Notes: generated by a model from the sequence alone, not told the origin. DNA of 64,000 nucleotides from the human T2T-CHM13v2.0 reference genome, Homo sapiens (GCA_009914755.4 CP068257.2:37344001-37408000), one strand, 5' to 3'; shown: positions 1 to 14,757, counted from the first letter of the stretch. Translations and numbers: made by a program.

Positions 1-325
1 TGAGGTCACCCTGGATTACACAATGGGCCCTAAAGTCAATTACAGGCATCCTTATAAGAGACAGCAGAGAAGACACAGACACAGAGGGGAAGGCCATGTG
101 AAGGCAGAGAATGGAGTGACGCAGCCACAAACCAAGCAATGCCTGGAGCCACCAGAAGCTGGAAGAGGCAAGGAAGGGACTCTTCTTCAGAGGGAGCAGG
201 GCCCTGCCCACACCTTAGCTTCAGACTTCTAGCCTCCAGAACTGGGAGAGAAGAAATGTCTGTTGTTTGAAGCCACCCAGCTGTGGCACTTTATTACGGC
301 AGCACGGGAAATGCATACAGCCTCC
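1..325 (+). mobile_element. MaLR (ERVL-MaLR) LTR, MLT1-like, 3' portion; the window starts inside the element
   Basis: Contains the characteristic MaLR LTR 3' motif ...cttctagcctccagaactgNgagaRaaRaaatNtctgttgtttRaagccacccagNtgtggNaNtttRttaNggcagc. It aligns by eye to the other copies in this window (3462-4225, 31877-32220). Confidence 0.55.
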
Positions 326-349
326 AAAAGAGAATGAAGCCCTTCTGAG

Positions 350-475
350 AGCTTGATTCCAGACATGCAAGACCCTGAGCCCACCGCGCCTGGGTTTCTG
401 CCTACAGAACTGTGAGATAATCCATGGGTGTTGTTTTACGCCACTCCAATTGCAATAAGACAGTGAGGATGTCAT
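350..475 (+). mobile_element. Second partial MaLR LTR 3' end, tandem to the first
   Basis: ctgcctacagaactgtgagataatccatgggtgttgttttacgccactc matches the same LTR 3'-end motif. Confidence 0.4.
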
Positions 476-1926
476 GTGAGTGACCAGCAAGGCATGTGGC
501 CCAACCAGACAGCCAGGGAAGGCCTTTAACGAGTAACTTGAGGCTGAGAGTGAGGTGGTGAGTTGTGGAGAAAGTCCCAGCTCAGGGTTCACTGTGGACC
601 AACAGCTCTTTACTGTGGGGTACTACCTTCCTGGAGAATTTCCTGGAGAGTATAAGGCCTGACGTGGGCCTTCAAATATCTCAACAAGAACAATAAATCC
701 CTCCAGAAAACCATATTACTCCACTTTCTTTCCAAAGGAAATTCAAGTCTGTTGAAATGCTTGCTCTAAAACAGTTTCCAGTGATATTAAACAAATTCGT
801 GGCTCTCAGAATACCTTGGGTGATGATCAATAAGAGTTGTATGTGCTTTACATGCTGATAATCACACCTAACCCACAGCATTTGTCTGATGCCTAAGTGG
901 GCTCAGATTTGCCCAAGGCTCTGGTCCAAGGACCTCTGAGGGACACAGCCTCGTCACTCAGACAGGAGAGCCCAACTCAGTGACAAACAAAGGCCAAGGG
1001 ATTCTGCACATGAAGACAAAACAGAGTCTTCCTTCTCAACTAGAGAATGGCTTATCTAAGAAAAAAATCAACTGGAGAGAAAAAAAAAGTGAGGATGTCA
1101 GCATTTAACAGGAATCTTGAAACTTTGACAGGAAGGGTGACCCTTTTCGGTCAATCTGAAATGTATGCAGACAGGTCACAGATATATTCCAAATACATTT
1201 TTTTAATTGCTAAATATGTTTAAAGAAGATTTTTAAAATAAAACTCATTGGACCAGTTTATACACTGCAAATTCATTACATTTTTCCAACCACGCAGAGC
1301 TAGGCTTAAACTCAACTATACTGAAGGTTAAACTCAACTATTACCAGTGTTATTCTATCCCAAAGAATGAGCCAGGTCTAAGCTGATGTTTCCTCCTGTT
1401 GTGACAATAAGAACTTTCCCCATTGTCTTGCACCTTTCCCCTTCTCGCTCCATTTCCACCTCTCCATCGCGCAGGGAAGGCAGATTAGAGTTCACTAGAA
1501 ACACAATACCTGAAACATAAAGGCCTCACACCTACCCGCCTAGGAGTACAGCTCAGATGATCTTTCTAATAAGGAGTGGCAATGGAGCTTGCAGGCCGAA
1601 GAAACTATAACTTGGGTGTGATTGACAAGAGCTTAGGCTAACACATGCCTGCTTCTATAATTATATTGTTTGTCTAGAGAGAAAAAACAAAAAAACAATA
1701 AATCATCCAGCGGTGCATGACTGGCTTAGTTCTCTGTCTCTCTCTCACTGGGAAACTCACGATGAAGTTCTTCCAGGAAGAGGTTGCAACCCCACCTGCC
1801 CACCATTCTCCATGACACCTGTCACTGACCAAGATGCAAGAAACACATGGGCCCCTGCAAAATCTCTCGATTCATTTTACTGTTTCTTGGTGAACTGACT
1901 TGTATTATCTCCCTTTTCGCTACCCT

Positions 1927-2712
<786 letters not shown>

Positions 2713-3854
2713 CGAGCACAAAGCTGAGACATCTCACAAGAGTGATCCCTGATCTGGGATTTGAGAAGTATGGTCACTAGAAATCAGACAGAAATCTGCC
2801 CACCTGCACTGTGGGTGTCATCCCACTATTTAAACACCAGCTAAAAAGCTCTAGGGTGTCTGCAGATGCCATCAGCCCAACTTCAATAATGACCATATCT
2901 ATGTGGGCCTGTGTGCTTACCCACTGCAAATCTAAACAGCTGTCACCAAAACATCCCAGATCCATCCCCTCTCTCTGCCCTACTGCTCCCCCTGGTCCAA
3001 GACACCACAGTCTCTCCTGGGGACACCTACAGCAGCTGCCTGAACAACCTTCCCACTTCCTGCTGGGCCTCCTGTAGCCCCTGGCCCATGCAGCAGCCTG
3101 TGGCCTCCCCAGAAGGTATACCCAGTCCCATCAGTTCCAGCTCAGAAGCCCCCACTGGCTTCCCAGAACATATGGAGTTAAATTCAAGGCTCAAGTGGCC
3201 TCACAGCCCTCATCCTATGGCCCTAGCTCCCTCTCCAACCCCATCTCACTCCTCACCTGCTTAGTTCATCCTCCCTATGCCCAGAGTTTTCTCTTCAGTT
3301 CTTCATATGATACTGGGTCTTCTTCAGGCCTCTGGCCCCAGCAGTTCCATCTGCTGAATCCACCTCCAGGCCTCACCTTTTTGGCCTGGGATGGAGTGTG
3401 TTGACTTTGATCACCAGCCATTCTATCCTCCTCCAAGGCAACTTATGACTGCCTTGAGGAAGCTGGATGTCATGTCCCCCCAGGTTTCACATACCGAAGT
3501 CCTAACCTCAAGTACCTTAGAATGAAACTGTATTTGGACATGGGGTCATTGCAGATGTAATTAGTTGAGATGAGGTCATCAGGGTGGGCTTTAATTCAAC
3601 ATGCTGGTGTGCTTATAAAAAGGGGAAACCTAGACATGGACACGCACACAGGGAGAACACCCTGTGAAGACAAAGGCAGGAATCGGAGCAATGTGTCTAC
3701 AAGCCAAGAAGCACCAAAGATGGCCAGCAACCCAGCAGAAGCTGGGAAAAGGCCTGGAGGAGATTCTCCTTCACAGCCTCAGGAAAACCAACCCAGCTGA
3801 CACTTTGGTCTTGTACTTCCAGCCTCCAGAACGATGAGACAAAAAATGTCTGTT

Positions 3855-3892
3855 TTGTTGTTGTTGTTGTTGTTGTTGTTGATGATGATGAT
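3855..3892. repeat. (TTG)n followed by (GAT)n microsatellite
   Basis: ttgttgttgttgttgttgttgttgatgatgatgatg sits directly at the 3' (tail) end of the antisense Alu. It is probably the Alu poly-A tail mutated into a CAA/ATC trinucleotide repeat. Confidence 0.9.
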
Positions 3893-4168
3893 GGAGTCTC
3901 ACTCTGTCACCAGGCTGAAGTGTAGTGGCATGATCTCGACTCACTGCAACCTCTTGCCTCCCAGGTTCAAGTGATTCTCCTGCCTTAGCCTCCGAGTAGC
4001 TGGGACTACAGGCATATGCCACCACACGCAACTAATTTTTTTGTATTTTTAGTAGAGTGGGGGTTTCACCATATTGGCCAGGATGGTCTCAATCTCTTGA
4101 CCTCGTGATCCACCCGCCTCGGCCTCCCAAAGTGCTGGGATTACAGGTGTGAGCCACTGCGCCAGGCC
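3893..4168 (-). mobile_element. Alu (antisense), with target-site duplication aaatgtctgtt at 3844-3854 and 4169-4179
   Basis: ggagtctcactctgtcaccaggctgaagtgtagtggcatgatc...gcctcccaaagtgctgggattacaggtgtgagccactgcgccaggcc. The 11-bp direct repeats flank the element and its tail. Confidence 0.95.
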
Positions 4169-4511
4169 AAATGTCTGTTGTTTAAGCCGCCCAGTCTGTT
4201 ATGGCAGCTCTAGGGAGCTGATATGCTGGGAAAGCTACCATCATATTTTCTGATCCCTTGCAAGGACTCTAGAAGAGTAGGCCCCCCCAACTCAACTCAA
4301 TGCCCTTGCGTAGGGTTTGGACGGTGGAGGTGAGTGGAAGCAGGCGGCTGTGTTGCTGCTTCTTGGCTGGTGCTCTTGGGTGGCCCAGCTGTGGCAGCAC
4401 TGGGGGTTCCTACAACAGTGTCAAGAGGCTTTGTTTTGTGAGTGTCATGAGGCAGTTCCCATGGCTACAGGCAGGCTGCTCCCAGACCCCTGGATCCAGC
4501 CTGTAACACAT

Positions 4512-4513
<2 letters not shown>

Positions 4514-4569
<56 letters not shown>
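4514..4569. repeat. (GT)28 dinucleotide microsatellite
   Basis: An uninterrupted gtgtgt... run of about 56 bp. Confidence 0.98.
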
Positions 4570-4989
<420 letters not shown>

Positions 4990-5359
4990 CTGTCACACAT
5001 TCTTGAGCCAGTGGCTACTACCCCAGCTACTGGTTCCTGATTTTCCTGACAGCAGCAGTGAGCGCAGCTCCGGGCAGCCCACGGGGTGTGATTTGGGGAG
5101 CTGCTGTGGAGGCCCAGCCTTCTGAGGGATTCTGAAAGTACCTAATACCCTGCATTAAATCCTGTTCTGCTCAACTTAACCAGAAGGACAGCCTTTCCTG
5201 CAGGTGGACACTGGCAGCCTCACGTTTAGAAACAGATGCTGCTTTCCTCACGGACACCATCCACTCTTACACCACCCTCACTCTCACTGAGCTGTTTTCT
5301 ATTGCACTCACAGGTATTTAAATGTGCTGCGTTTACTCGTTTGTTTGTGTACTTATTGC

Positions 5360-5470
5360 CTGAATTGTGACCTCCATGGAAACATCGACCTTGTCACTGG
5401 GCCTCTCTTCCGACATCCTCATGCCTAGAACAGCGCTTGGTGCAGTGGCCGCTTTGGGGTATTTATGGAA
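5360..5470 (+). mobile_element. MIR SINE fragment (tentative)
   Basis: catgcctagaacagcgcttggtgcagtggccgctttggggtattta resembles the MIR 3' core gcgcttagaacagtgcctggcacatagtaagcgctcaataaatg. Confidence 0.35.
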
Positions 5471-5707
5471 GAAGAGAGAGAGAAAAGGAATTTCTAAGTT
5501 TGGCTTCTCCTTGAAGAAGCTTCCAAAGGCGTTTCTAGAACACTTAAAATATGTGAAAATAAGGGCTACCTAGGTTATATGTTAAATGAATTATGCTAAA
5601 GAAGACTCAGCAGTTGCTAACTTTTCTCGTCTGCTCTTAAATATCCCATTCTGCTGTTTCAAATTAGAAACTCAGAGTTCCAAAACAGTGAGATCGTTTA
5701 CTTCTTT

Positions 5708-5711
<4 letters not shown>

Positions 5712-5740
<29 letters not shown>
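5712..5740. repeat. (A)29 homopolymer; probably the poly-A tail of an unidentified retroposed fragment
   Basis: A run of 29 A's. Confidence 0.9.
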
Positions 5741-5744
<4 letters not shown>

Positions 5745-7252
5745 TGGAATAACGGAAGTACTTTAAGAATCTATGGGGCAAGAATAGAAGCTAGTCATCG
5801 TTGTCTGTATAAACCAAAAATAAAATTCTAATGCCCCTCAGCTATCTGAACGGATCCCCCCTCTCGGCCAAGGGCCTTCCAGAGTTAACCTGAAAATCTA
5901 GTTCAGGCCAGGACGGGAAGTGGGGGTCAGACATGCCTCATCACCCCAACATCAACACAGACCTTCAGTCTGACAAGAAACATGTACAATATCTTGTTTC
6001 TGAAGCCTGCTACCTCGAGGCTTCCTCTGCATGATGAAACCTTGGTCTCCACAACCTTTCATCGTAACTCAGACATTCCTTTCTATTGATAGTAACTCTT
6101 TCAACCAATTGCCAATTGGAAAATGTTTACACGTGCTTATGACCTGGAAGTCACCCTGCCCCCGCCACCAACTTCGAGTTGTCCCACCCTTTCAGACAGG
6201 ACCAACGTACATCTCGCAAATATTGATTGATGTCTCATGTCTCCCTGCAATGTATGGAAGCAAGCTGTGCCCCACCATCTTGGGCACATGTCCTCAGGAC
6301 CTCCTGAGGCTGTGTCACGGGCGCATTCTTAACCTTGGCAAAATAAAACTTTCCAAATAGATTGAGACATGTCCCCGATACTTTTGGGTTCACGTCTGTC
6401 ACTGAGATGGTAACTGTGGTCATTTGAATACCCCCTCACATTATCCTCATCTCGTCACAGCAGCCCTATTCATCTGGCAAATTGAGGGGGATCACTTGGA
6501 ATATTATGTTTTTATTAAAAATACGATTTTGGTTTTCTAAGAGATGCTCTGGGCTGCTCTAAACCAGGGACTGCAGGGCCCACCTGTTTCTGCAAATGAG
6601 GTTTCATTGGCACTCAGCCAGGTCCATTTATTTACACATTGCCTAGGCTCCTTTCTAGAGCTGAGTTGTTGCGTCAGGGACCACATGGCCTTCAGAGCCT
6701 AAAATATTTACTCTCTGGCCCCTTAAGAAAATGTTTGTCAGCTCCTACTCTAAACAAAACCCCTGGCCACATGGCCTCTGGCGCTGCGTAAGGTCTTTGC
6801 TGTGCCCTTTGCGGACACGGACACGCTAGGGATGAACTGACTCAGAGCCGGCCAGTTTCAGGCTCCTTCCTGGAGCGATAGGAACCTGTAATTCTCAGCC
6901 CATGTGACCAGTACTGGCCAATGAAATGCAAGCGGAACTGACCTGCGCCTCCAGGCTGAGGCAGTGAAACGCTCCTGAGCCTTTCCCCAGTCTCACTCTT
7001 CTCCCCTATGGCAACCAGCAAACTTCCAGAGAGCGGAGGCAGGGGCCCTGCACGGGGTAGAGCGCAGACTCCGCCACTGCCTACCTATGATGGGCTTGCA
7101 GTGAGCAAGAAATCAGCTGTTGCATATTATGGCACTGAGATTTTTAGGGTTGTTTGTTACAGCACGATAAGCCTAGCTCATTCTGACTAGGATGGTGGTC
7201 TTTTTGCTGTCATAATTAATTTCCATTTCTCAGGGTTTAAAAGGGTGCACTG

Positions 7253-7264
7253 CCCCCCCCCCCC
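7253..7264. repeat. (C)12 homopolymer
   Basis: tgcccccccccccccgcag. Confidence 0.9.
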
Positions 7265-7420
7265 GCAGATCTCAGGTGGGCATTTTTGAACTTAACTAGA
7301 TAACAAAACACAGCTAAGACAAGTCCTTTTCTCCAGCAAAGATGGCAATGCTCTAATAACTCTGAGCATATTAAAGATTCTCCAAGACTCTAGCCTCTGC
7401 TGCAAAAACACATACAAATA

Positions 7421-7458
7421 CCTACTACTACTGCTGCTGTGATGATGATGATGACAGC
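7421..7458. repeat. Compound trinucleotide repeat (CTA)3(CTG)2...(GAT)4
   Basis: ctactactactgctgctgtgatgatgatgatgac. Confidence 0.8.
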
Positions 7459-7469
7459 AATAGTGAGAA

Positions 7470-7672
7470 TATTTTAAATATGCCAGGCACGGTGGCAACT
7501 GCTTTCCAAATATTATCATATTTAATCTGATCATTGCCCTATGAGGTAGGGAGTATTCTGATTCCCATTTTATAAATAAGGAACCCGAGGCTTAGAGAGC
7601 ATCAGTGACTTGTTCAAGGTCACCCACAGCTGTCAAGTGACAGAACTTCGATAAAAATCCAGACTCCTTTAA
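7470..7672 (-). mobile_element. MIR SINE (antisense)
   Basis: tgccaggcac...ccctatgaggtagg...cccattttataaataaggaacccgaggcttagagagcatcagtgacttgttcaaggtcacccacagctgtcaagtgacagaac matches the reverse complement of the MIR core (cattttacagatgaggaaactgaggctcagagaggttaagtaacttgcccaaggtcacacagc). Confidence 0.65.
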
Positions 7673-8041
7673 TGGAGTATGGAGGGAGGTCAGAAAACAT
7701 AGGAAGTAAGGGATTGTGATTGACAATGTGTCCTTGCAAAGGGACAGGTTAAGAGACACAAGGGCAGCTGTCTGAGGTGTGCCATTCACCAGCTTCAGGA
7801 GAGAAGTGGCAGGCTACCTCCAGCTATCCAGCCCTATCCAGCCAAGGAAGCTTGGGAGACATGTTAGTTCCCGCCTTCATTTCCATCAGCAACCTCAAAG
7901 CCACCCCTTGATATGATGAAAATAACATTGTTTGATAAAGAGTTGATATTCTCAATCTTATGAAAATGTGGATTAAAGCATCTTACTGATTTATTTAATC
8001 TGAAACAAAACAGCTGTTAAAGTGAACTAAATATGGTCTGA

Positions 8042-8364
<323 letters not shown>

Positions 8365-11300
8365 GGGCTCCATACTTCTATATTTGAGTCCTTGTGGATG
8401 AACTGCAACCTAGCTTAATAGGTAGACAAGATTGAAAACCTAACTTAGGAGTATGCGCCTGGAACAATAGCTGAGTCTTGGCCAAGCCCAGCGGCCGTAC
8501 TTCAACCACTCATATGCTGCTGAGTCTTTAAGCTGTGTTCAAATAAGGCAAACACCATACTGCAACCAATCCAGCCATCCTGTACCTCACTTCCAATTTC
8601 TGTACATCATTTCCCTTTCTTTGTCTATAAATCTTCTTCCACCACGTGGCTGCATGGTAGTCTCTGCTGTGACTCTGGGGGCTGCCCGATTTGCGAATCG
8701 TTCATTGCTCAATTAAACTCCTTTAAATTTAATTCAGCTGAAAATTTTCTTTTATCAAAGCTAAGTAAGAATTTGCCAACACGTTGAGTAAACTTAATCA
8801 TTTCTTCCAACCAGATTGCATCCCCGAGTCTCTCCTTTTGGGAAATTTCAGAACCTACACTGCCGCCCAGCTCTCTGCCTTCCTACAACTCAGCCCACCC
8901 ATGACCGCACCTCATTCACGGCCCAGGTGTCAGGGACAGGGCAAGGGTAAGGGGGGTTCATCCCCCTGATAATAAGAAACCCAATGCTCTTCCTACCTTC
9001 TTGGTAGAAATCGCCTCTCTGGGACTTCATGACAGCCGCCTTTCCTATGGCATACATCATTTCTCGTGTTTTAGTGGCTTTGGTTTGCTTTTGAATGTGT
9101 GGTGGGAAGTTCCATGAAATTTATTAAATAACCAGGATATCCTGTTACCTTATCAAGGCCTCTATAGAAAACCATTGCCCTGGGAGAAGGGATGAAGGCA
9201 CCTGAGACATCTCATATGAATCGTGATGGCAATGTCTCCCCTGCCCTGAGACAGCAAGACTGAGAATCAGGAGAGGTGGTTCTCATTATCCCTGAAAGCA
9301 TTTTAGCTTGGATGTGGCCACTTTGAGGACTATAGCTGTAGGCACCCTAATTCGTGTTTTGTGATTATCAAAATATCTTCCGAATCCTGGACAGATCATG
9401 ACATCCTTAAGCCCACTATCGTGAAGCCACATGGAGGTGGTGTCAGGTACAGAGCAGAGAACATTCGAGAGGCACTGGGTTGTCTGGGGGACCTCTGGGC
9501 TCCAGGAAGGTCCACATCTGCAGGGAGACAGTCCCACGGTTGATTCTGGAAATCCAAACTCTTACGAGAGTCAACCGCCAGCTTCACTTCGCTGTAATTA
9601 CCCAGGCGAAGTGAGTGAACAATCTGAGCCTCCCCATAAAGCTAGCCCTCTAATTGTTGTGGTTTAACAGCCTCAGACCTCAGGCTGGGTGGAGAGGAGG
9701 GCAGGCCTCGCAGAAGCCAGACACAGCCACCCCCGCAGGCAGCCAGGAGCGAACACAGTGCAAATACAACTGGCTCAGTCCTACAGCTCCTGTTTGGTTT
9801 ACAGAGAATACCACCTCCAAGGCCATTCGCAAGCGCGACGTCACTCTAGTGAGAAAACAAGTAAAGCTGAGCTATTGACAAAAATATCCCCAACCATCTA
9901 ACAAAATAGTAAGCCCAGCATTATTTTATTCCAGTAAAAACCCAATGACATAGGCCAGGGCCACAGTTACTATACCTTTGGTTGATGATTGTACTGAGGT
10001 TTAGGAAAGTCCCACGGCCTATAGGAGGTCAGACAGCCACAGTGGCAACCCTGGGCAGCCCTGGGCCAGGCTCTGGACCAATACACAGGCCACACACCTT
10101 TTTCAAAACCAAAAAGGAAGCACACTAGCAACTTATCCTCCATTCTAAACTCCTGTCACTTCCTGGGAGACCAGGTAAGGCTCTCCTGGATGTCTTCACA
10201 GAGCGGGCTTCATACGGGATCAGCCTTGACCTCCATTCATGCAGACAGGGATGGCAAGACAAAGCCTGAACACAGCATTCAACAAACAGACCCTGTGTCC
10301 AGGCTTGGAATTTCCCACTTAGGGCTGGTGATGGACGAGGACTCTGAGAAGTTCGTTCTGTTTGAACAAAAGAGGCCATGTCAATTTCAGAACCATGTAT
10401 CTCTTAAATAATGCATAGTAATGTCCTCCATGCCTCTCTCTTGGAGGATCATCCAGAGGGTGATAGCATCGGAGCTTTGATCTTGGATTTTTGTGTCATC
10501 TATTCTGCCAATTTCTGATTCATTTGTCTCAACAATTTTGCCACCGTCTTTTCCCGGATCAGGTAAAGCAAAATCCAGATCAGCCCAGGCCTGTCTGCAA
10601 ACAGAAATGAAGAAACTGTGCTAAATCTCAAAGATTCTGTCCTGCCCAAGGAGTGTCCTTACTTATAAATGGAGCGAAGCCTCCTGCACCTGCTACATGG
10701 GCTCGTGTGCGCACCGAACCCAAAGCTGCTTTCTGGGCTCACCATGCAGTCTCTCCACCTGAGGCCCCCACCCAGCCCCACCCTGTGATGCCCACACTGT
10801 GGGTCCACCTCGAAGTGCTGACATTCATCACCCTTTGAGGACATTCTGTGTGTCAGGGTCTGGGCTTACACCTTTGCAAGGGCATGTTTGTTTTGACTCT
10901 AACTTTCTTCTAATAGAAACTGAACTCTTATGTCTAATGGAAGTGATAGCGGTGTCAAGCACCCCCTTCACTTTTTTGTGGATGACCAAAACCTCATGCA
11001 TAGGGACCCAGCCCACTGCCTTATGCAGGGTGGTGGGCATGCAGAAGTGTTTGTGGGCTGGATTTGAAAAGCTCCCACTTCAAATATGAGGGGTCTATTT
11101 AATCCTGTGTTGTAATGTCAGTGCAGAAGGTTGAATCAGAGAGAATCTGAGAGGAGAAATCGCAAGCATCATGGCTGATTGCTTTCCTTTGTGTCTGGTG
11201 ATGTCGCTGTGCCTGAATCCACGTCACTAACAATGGCCAACTGGCTTATGCCACCTACCCCCGTGGTCAGGGGTGGCAAGGTCTGACATCAGAAAGGAGG

Positions 11301-11574
11301 GCAAGAGGTTTGGGAAGGCAAAACCAACATCCCCTCCAAGAAGAGAGAACCGGCCTTCCTGCAAGGCCTACCCTTGATGGCCCTACCCAAGGCCCACCTG
11401 CCCTCTCTTCCCACGGAGCCCTCTAATCTCCCCACAGCACCCATCTATACCCCCTTATGGGCCCAGCCACCATCTTCCTAATATTGCCTTTATTGATGGG
11501 CAGTTCTCATCACGGCTGCTAAGAGAGTGAGCAGCTTACATCAGCATAGCCTGTCGGTAAGCGCTAAGTGATTG

Positions 11575-11601
11575 AAGGAAGGAAGGAAGGAAGAAGGAAG
11601 G
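11575..11601. repeat. (GGAA)n tetranucleotide microsatellite
   Basis: aaggaaggaaggaaggaagaaggaagg. Confidence 0.85.
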
Positions 11602-13051
11602 ATGATGTGTTCTCACATCTGTCTGCTAAAACAATAAGAAGTCATTGCTTTTGTCATGCTGTGACCTTGGTCAAGCCCCCTTTTCTGCCCTTAACTCCAG
11701 GAAGCTGGACTCCAGCAAAATCCTGCCCTTACACAAAGGCAAGCCCAGTAGGCCCTTGCCACATTGTTGGTGGTATTGTCCTTGTTAACCTGAGTGTTGG
11801 GGCTGCTGGGAGAGGAACCCACAGAGAGATCAGTGGCTTAGAAGGGTCCAGACCCAGCCAGTCTCCAACAGGGTGTGAGGACAGAGAAGAGGAGGTTGTC
11901 TTGCTGGGAATGGTGAGCACAGCCTCCCCAGAGAGGTGTGAGGCAGGAACAGGTGTGTTTCCACGCACCTGCACTCATGTCCCTCCGCAGGGCCCCAGCC
12001 TGCATTTTATGCCCCAGCCTTGTCTTCAGGGCTTCCCACCCCTTTTACTTTGTCCATCAGAACCCTTAGCCAGGTAATGATGGTTATTTGAAACTCCCCA
12101 TCTGATCACTCCAACCTCTCTGTCACATCTGAGTCAGATTCTGATGCTTGCTCTGTCTCTTCTAACTCCTTTTTTTTTTCCTTAGTAACCCTTGTAATTT
12201 TTTATTCAAAACCAGATATGTTGCACTGGGAAAATGGAACCCAATACTGCTTCCCACAGAGGCTTCTGCTCCTGTAAGTTGTGATATTCTGCATTTGCCT
12301 GTCTGCCTTTCCAATTTCGGGGTCAGTGGTTTGCCCTGTGACCTCAACTCCCTGACAGATCTAAGAATTGCTGCTTTGGGGGTTGTCAGGCTCTTTTCTT
12401 ACTGTGTGGATAGGAGTGATGACGTCCAAGCTCTTCACATGCCAGACCAGAAACTGCAAATGTCTCTATTCTTTCCATTCCCAGAATCCGCTACCTTCTG
12501 ATATCTGTCTATGGCATTGCCTCCAAGGCTCTGATGACCGTGAACTCCACCTGGGGGCCCTCTCCCTTCCCTACTCTCCGTTTCTATGTTTGCAACCTCT
12601 GTTAGGTCTAGCGAAAGGCTCTTTCCTCTAACAGAGGTTTCCCTGACACCCTGACTGAATCTTTGGATGCCCCCGCTCCATCCCCATCTTGGCACATTGG
12701 ATACACACCAGTCCCGTCATTGAGTACTGTCTCTCTTATGAGACGGAAGGCACCTTGAGCACAGAGCATTGGCCTGGTCATCTTCCCACCCCTAAGAGTG
12801 GATGCTTCACAAGTATTAGCAAGATAAATATCTATGATTTTAAATTCCCATCGTACCGCCAACCCATCTTGTATGCATTTCTAAAAATGTATTATCTTGA
12901 CATTAGAATACCTTTTAGGGAAGCACCTGTTGCTGTTTTCCAAAATATCTCAATACAGCTGCTTGGGGTGGAAATTAAGAATATGAGGATATGGATCAGT
13001 GTAAAAGAAATCACTGAATTGTGGCATTAGGAATTATCTTAAGAATTTGAG

Positions 13052-13369
<318 letters not shown>

Positions 13370-13382
13370 ATTTGAGAAAGGG

Positions 13383-13695
13383 GCCCGGCACAGTGGCTCA
13401 TGCCTGTAAACCCAGCATGTTGAAAGGCCTAGGTGGGAGGATCACTTGAGCCCAGAAGTTCAAGATCAGCCTGGGCAACATGACAAAACCCCATTTATAC
13501 AAAAAATACAAAAATTAGCTGGGCTCGGTGGTATGCACCTGTGGTCCCAGCTACTTGGGAGGATGAGGTGGGAGGATCACGTGAGCCCCAGGAGTTCAGG
13601 GCTGCAGTGAGCCATGATCACACCACTGCACTCCAACCTGGGCAACAGAGTGAGACCCCATCTCAAAAAATGAAACCAAACAAACAAACAAAAAC
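13383..13695 (+). mobile_element. Alu (older AluS/J-like), immediately downstream of the Yb8
   Basis: gggcccggcacagtggctcatgcctgtaaacccagcatgttgaaaggcctaggtgggaggatcacttgagcccagaagttcaagatcagcctgggcaacatgacaaaacccc...; it is diverged from the consensus. Confidence 0.9.
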
Positions 13696-14658
13696 AGAAT
13701 TTGAAAAAAGGAAAAGAGCAAAGTAGAGAGGCAGGAGAGACAAGGGGGCAGAGAGCTGAAAACCGTGAAGAGAGATAGGAGGCTGGAACCTAGCAAATGG
13801 CGCATGAAGGATGCTTTTAAGCACAGAAATATGTTTCCCAAAGTTGTTGGTGTTGCTGCAGCATAAATGCTCCAGCTCCCCAAGCCATTGGCCAAATCTG
13901 CACACACACACAATGCTTTGTGTGAATGTATTTATAATGGAGGGACCTGGAACTCCATGTCTCAGTAGACACAGAAAGAAATGGGGATTGTGCATGTGTG
14001 CGGGTGATGACATGGTCCCTGAACAGAATCAACTCAGCCAAAGCAGGAATTCAGAGGAATTGGACTTCCCATGACCAGCAGAGTGGGTTTGATGCAGCCT
14101 AGAACTTAAGAGGCCGAGTTACCACAGCTGACATCTGCAAACAGATGCACGAAAGCACAAATGAATGAACTCATGTAACATTCAGAGAGGACCCGATGTG
14201 TGGGCTCCATTTGTGATATAAGAGTCAACACTGGCCATGGGATAGAGTGTCAAAGAAATACCAATCGAGGCAGAAGTCGTATGGAGAAAGGAGGCCCTGG
14301 CAGGTCTGTCTGTTCCGTTGTATTTTGCTAAGGAGACTCAACAATGACTTAATCTACCTCAAATGGGGAGAACTCGTAGGGATTTGCAGCCACAATCAGT
14401 CAGCCATGAGCTAGGCAGCCATGCAGATGGAAAACAAAGACAATCTGACCACTGGATTCCTGGCCAGCCTCCTGTGTGGGTCTTCCGGGAACCCCGGGTG
14501 ACTGGTCCTCTCTGGAGGACAGAGACTGGGCTCAGGAATGGCCAGGAGTGGGACCACCTGCCTGGGTCATCAGCCCACTCTCACCTGGGTGCAAGCCTGG
14601 ACTGGCCCTGCTGCCCAAAGTTGATTAACCTGGGATTAAACAGCTAAAGAGTCAATCT

Positions 14659-14697
14659 TCCTCTCTCTCTCTCTTTCTCTCTCTCTCTCTTTTTCTC
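14659..14697. repeat. (CT)n microsatellite
   Basis: tcctctctctctctctttctctctctctctcttt. Confidence 0.9.
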
Positions 14698-14757
14698 ATT
14701 TCTATTATTTCTTTCCTAGAGCGAAAGTTCTGAGAAGCCTGCACCCTCATATCCCAT

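Larger units (their letters stand above)
3462..4225 (+). mobile_element. MaLR LTR (MLT1-like), split by an Alu and microsatellite insertion at 3855-4168
   Basis: 5' part: gtcctaacctcaagtaccttagaatgaaactgtatttggacatggggtcattgcagatgtaattagttgagatgaggtcatcagggtgggc. The 3' motif ccagcctccagaacgatgagacaaaaaatgtctgtt then resumes after the Alu as aaatgtctgttgtttaagccgcccagtctgttatggcagc. Confidence 0.6.
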
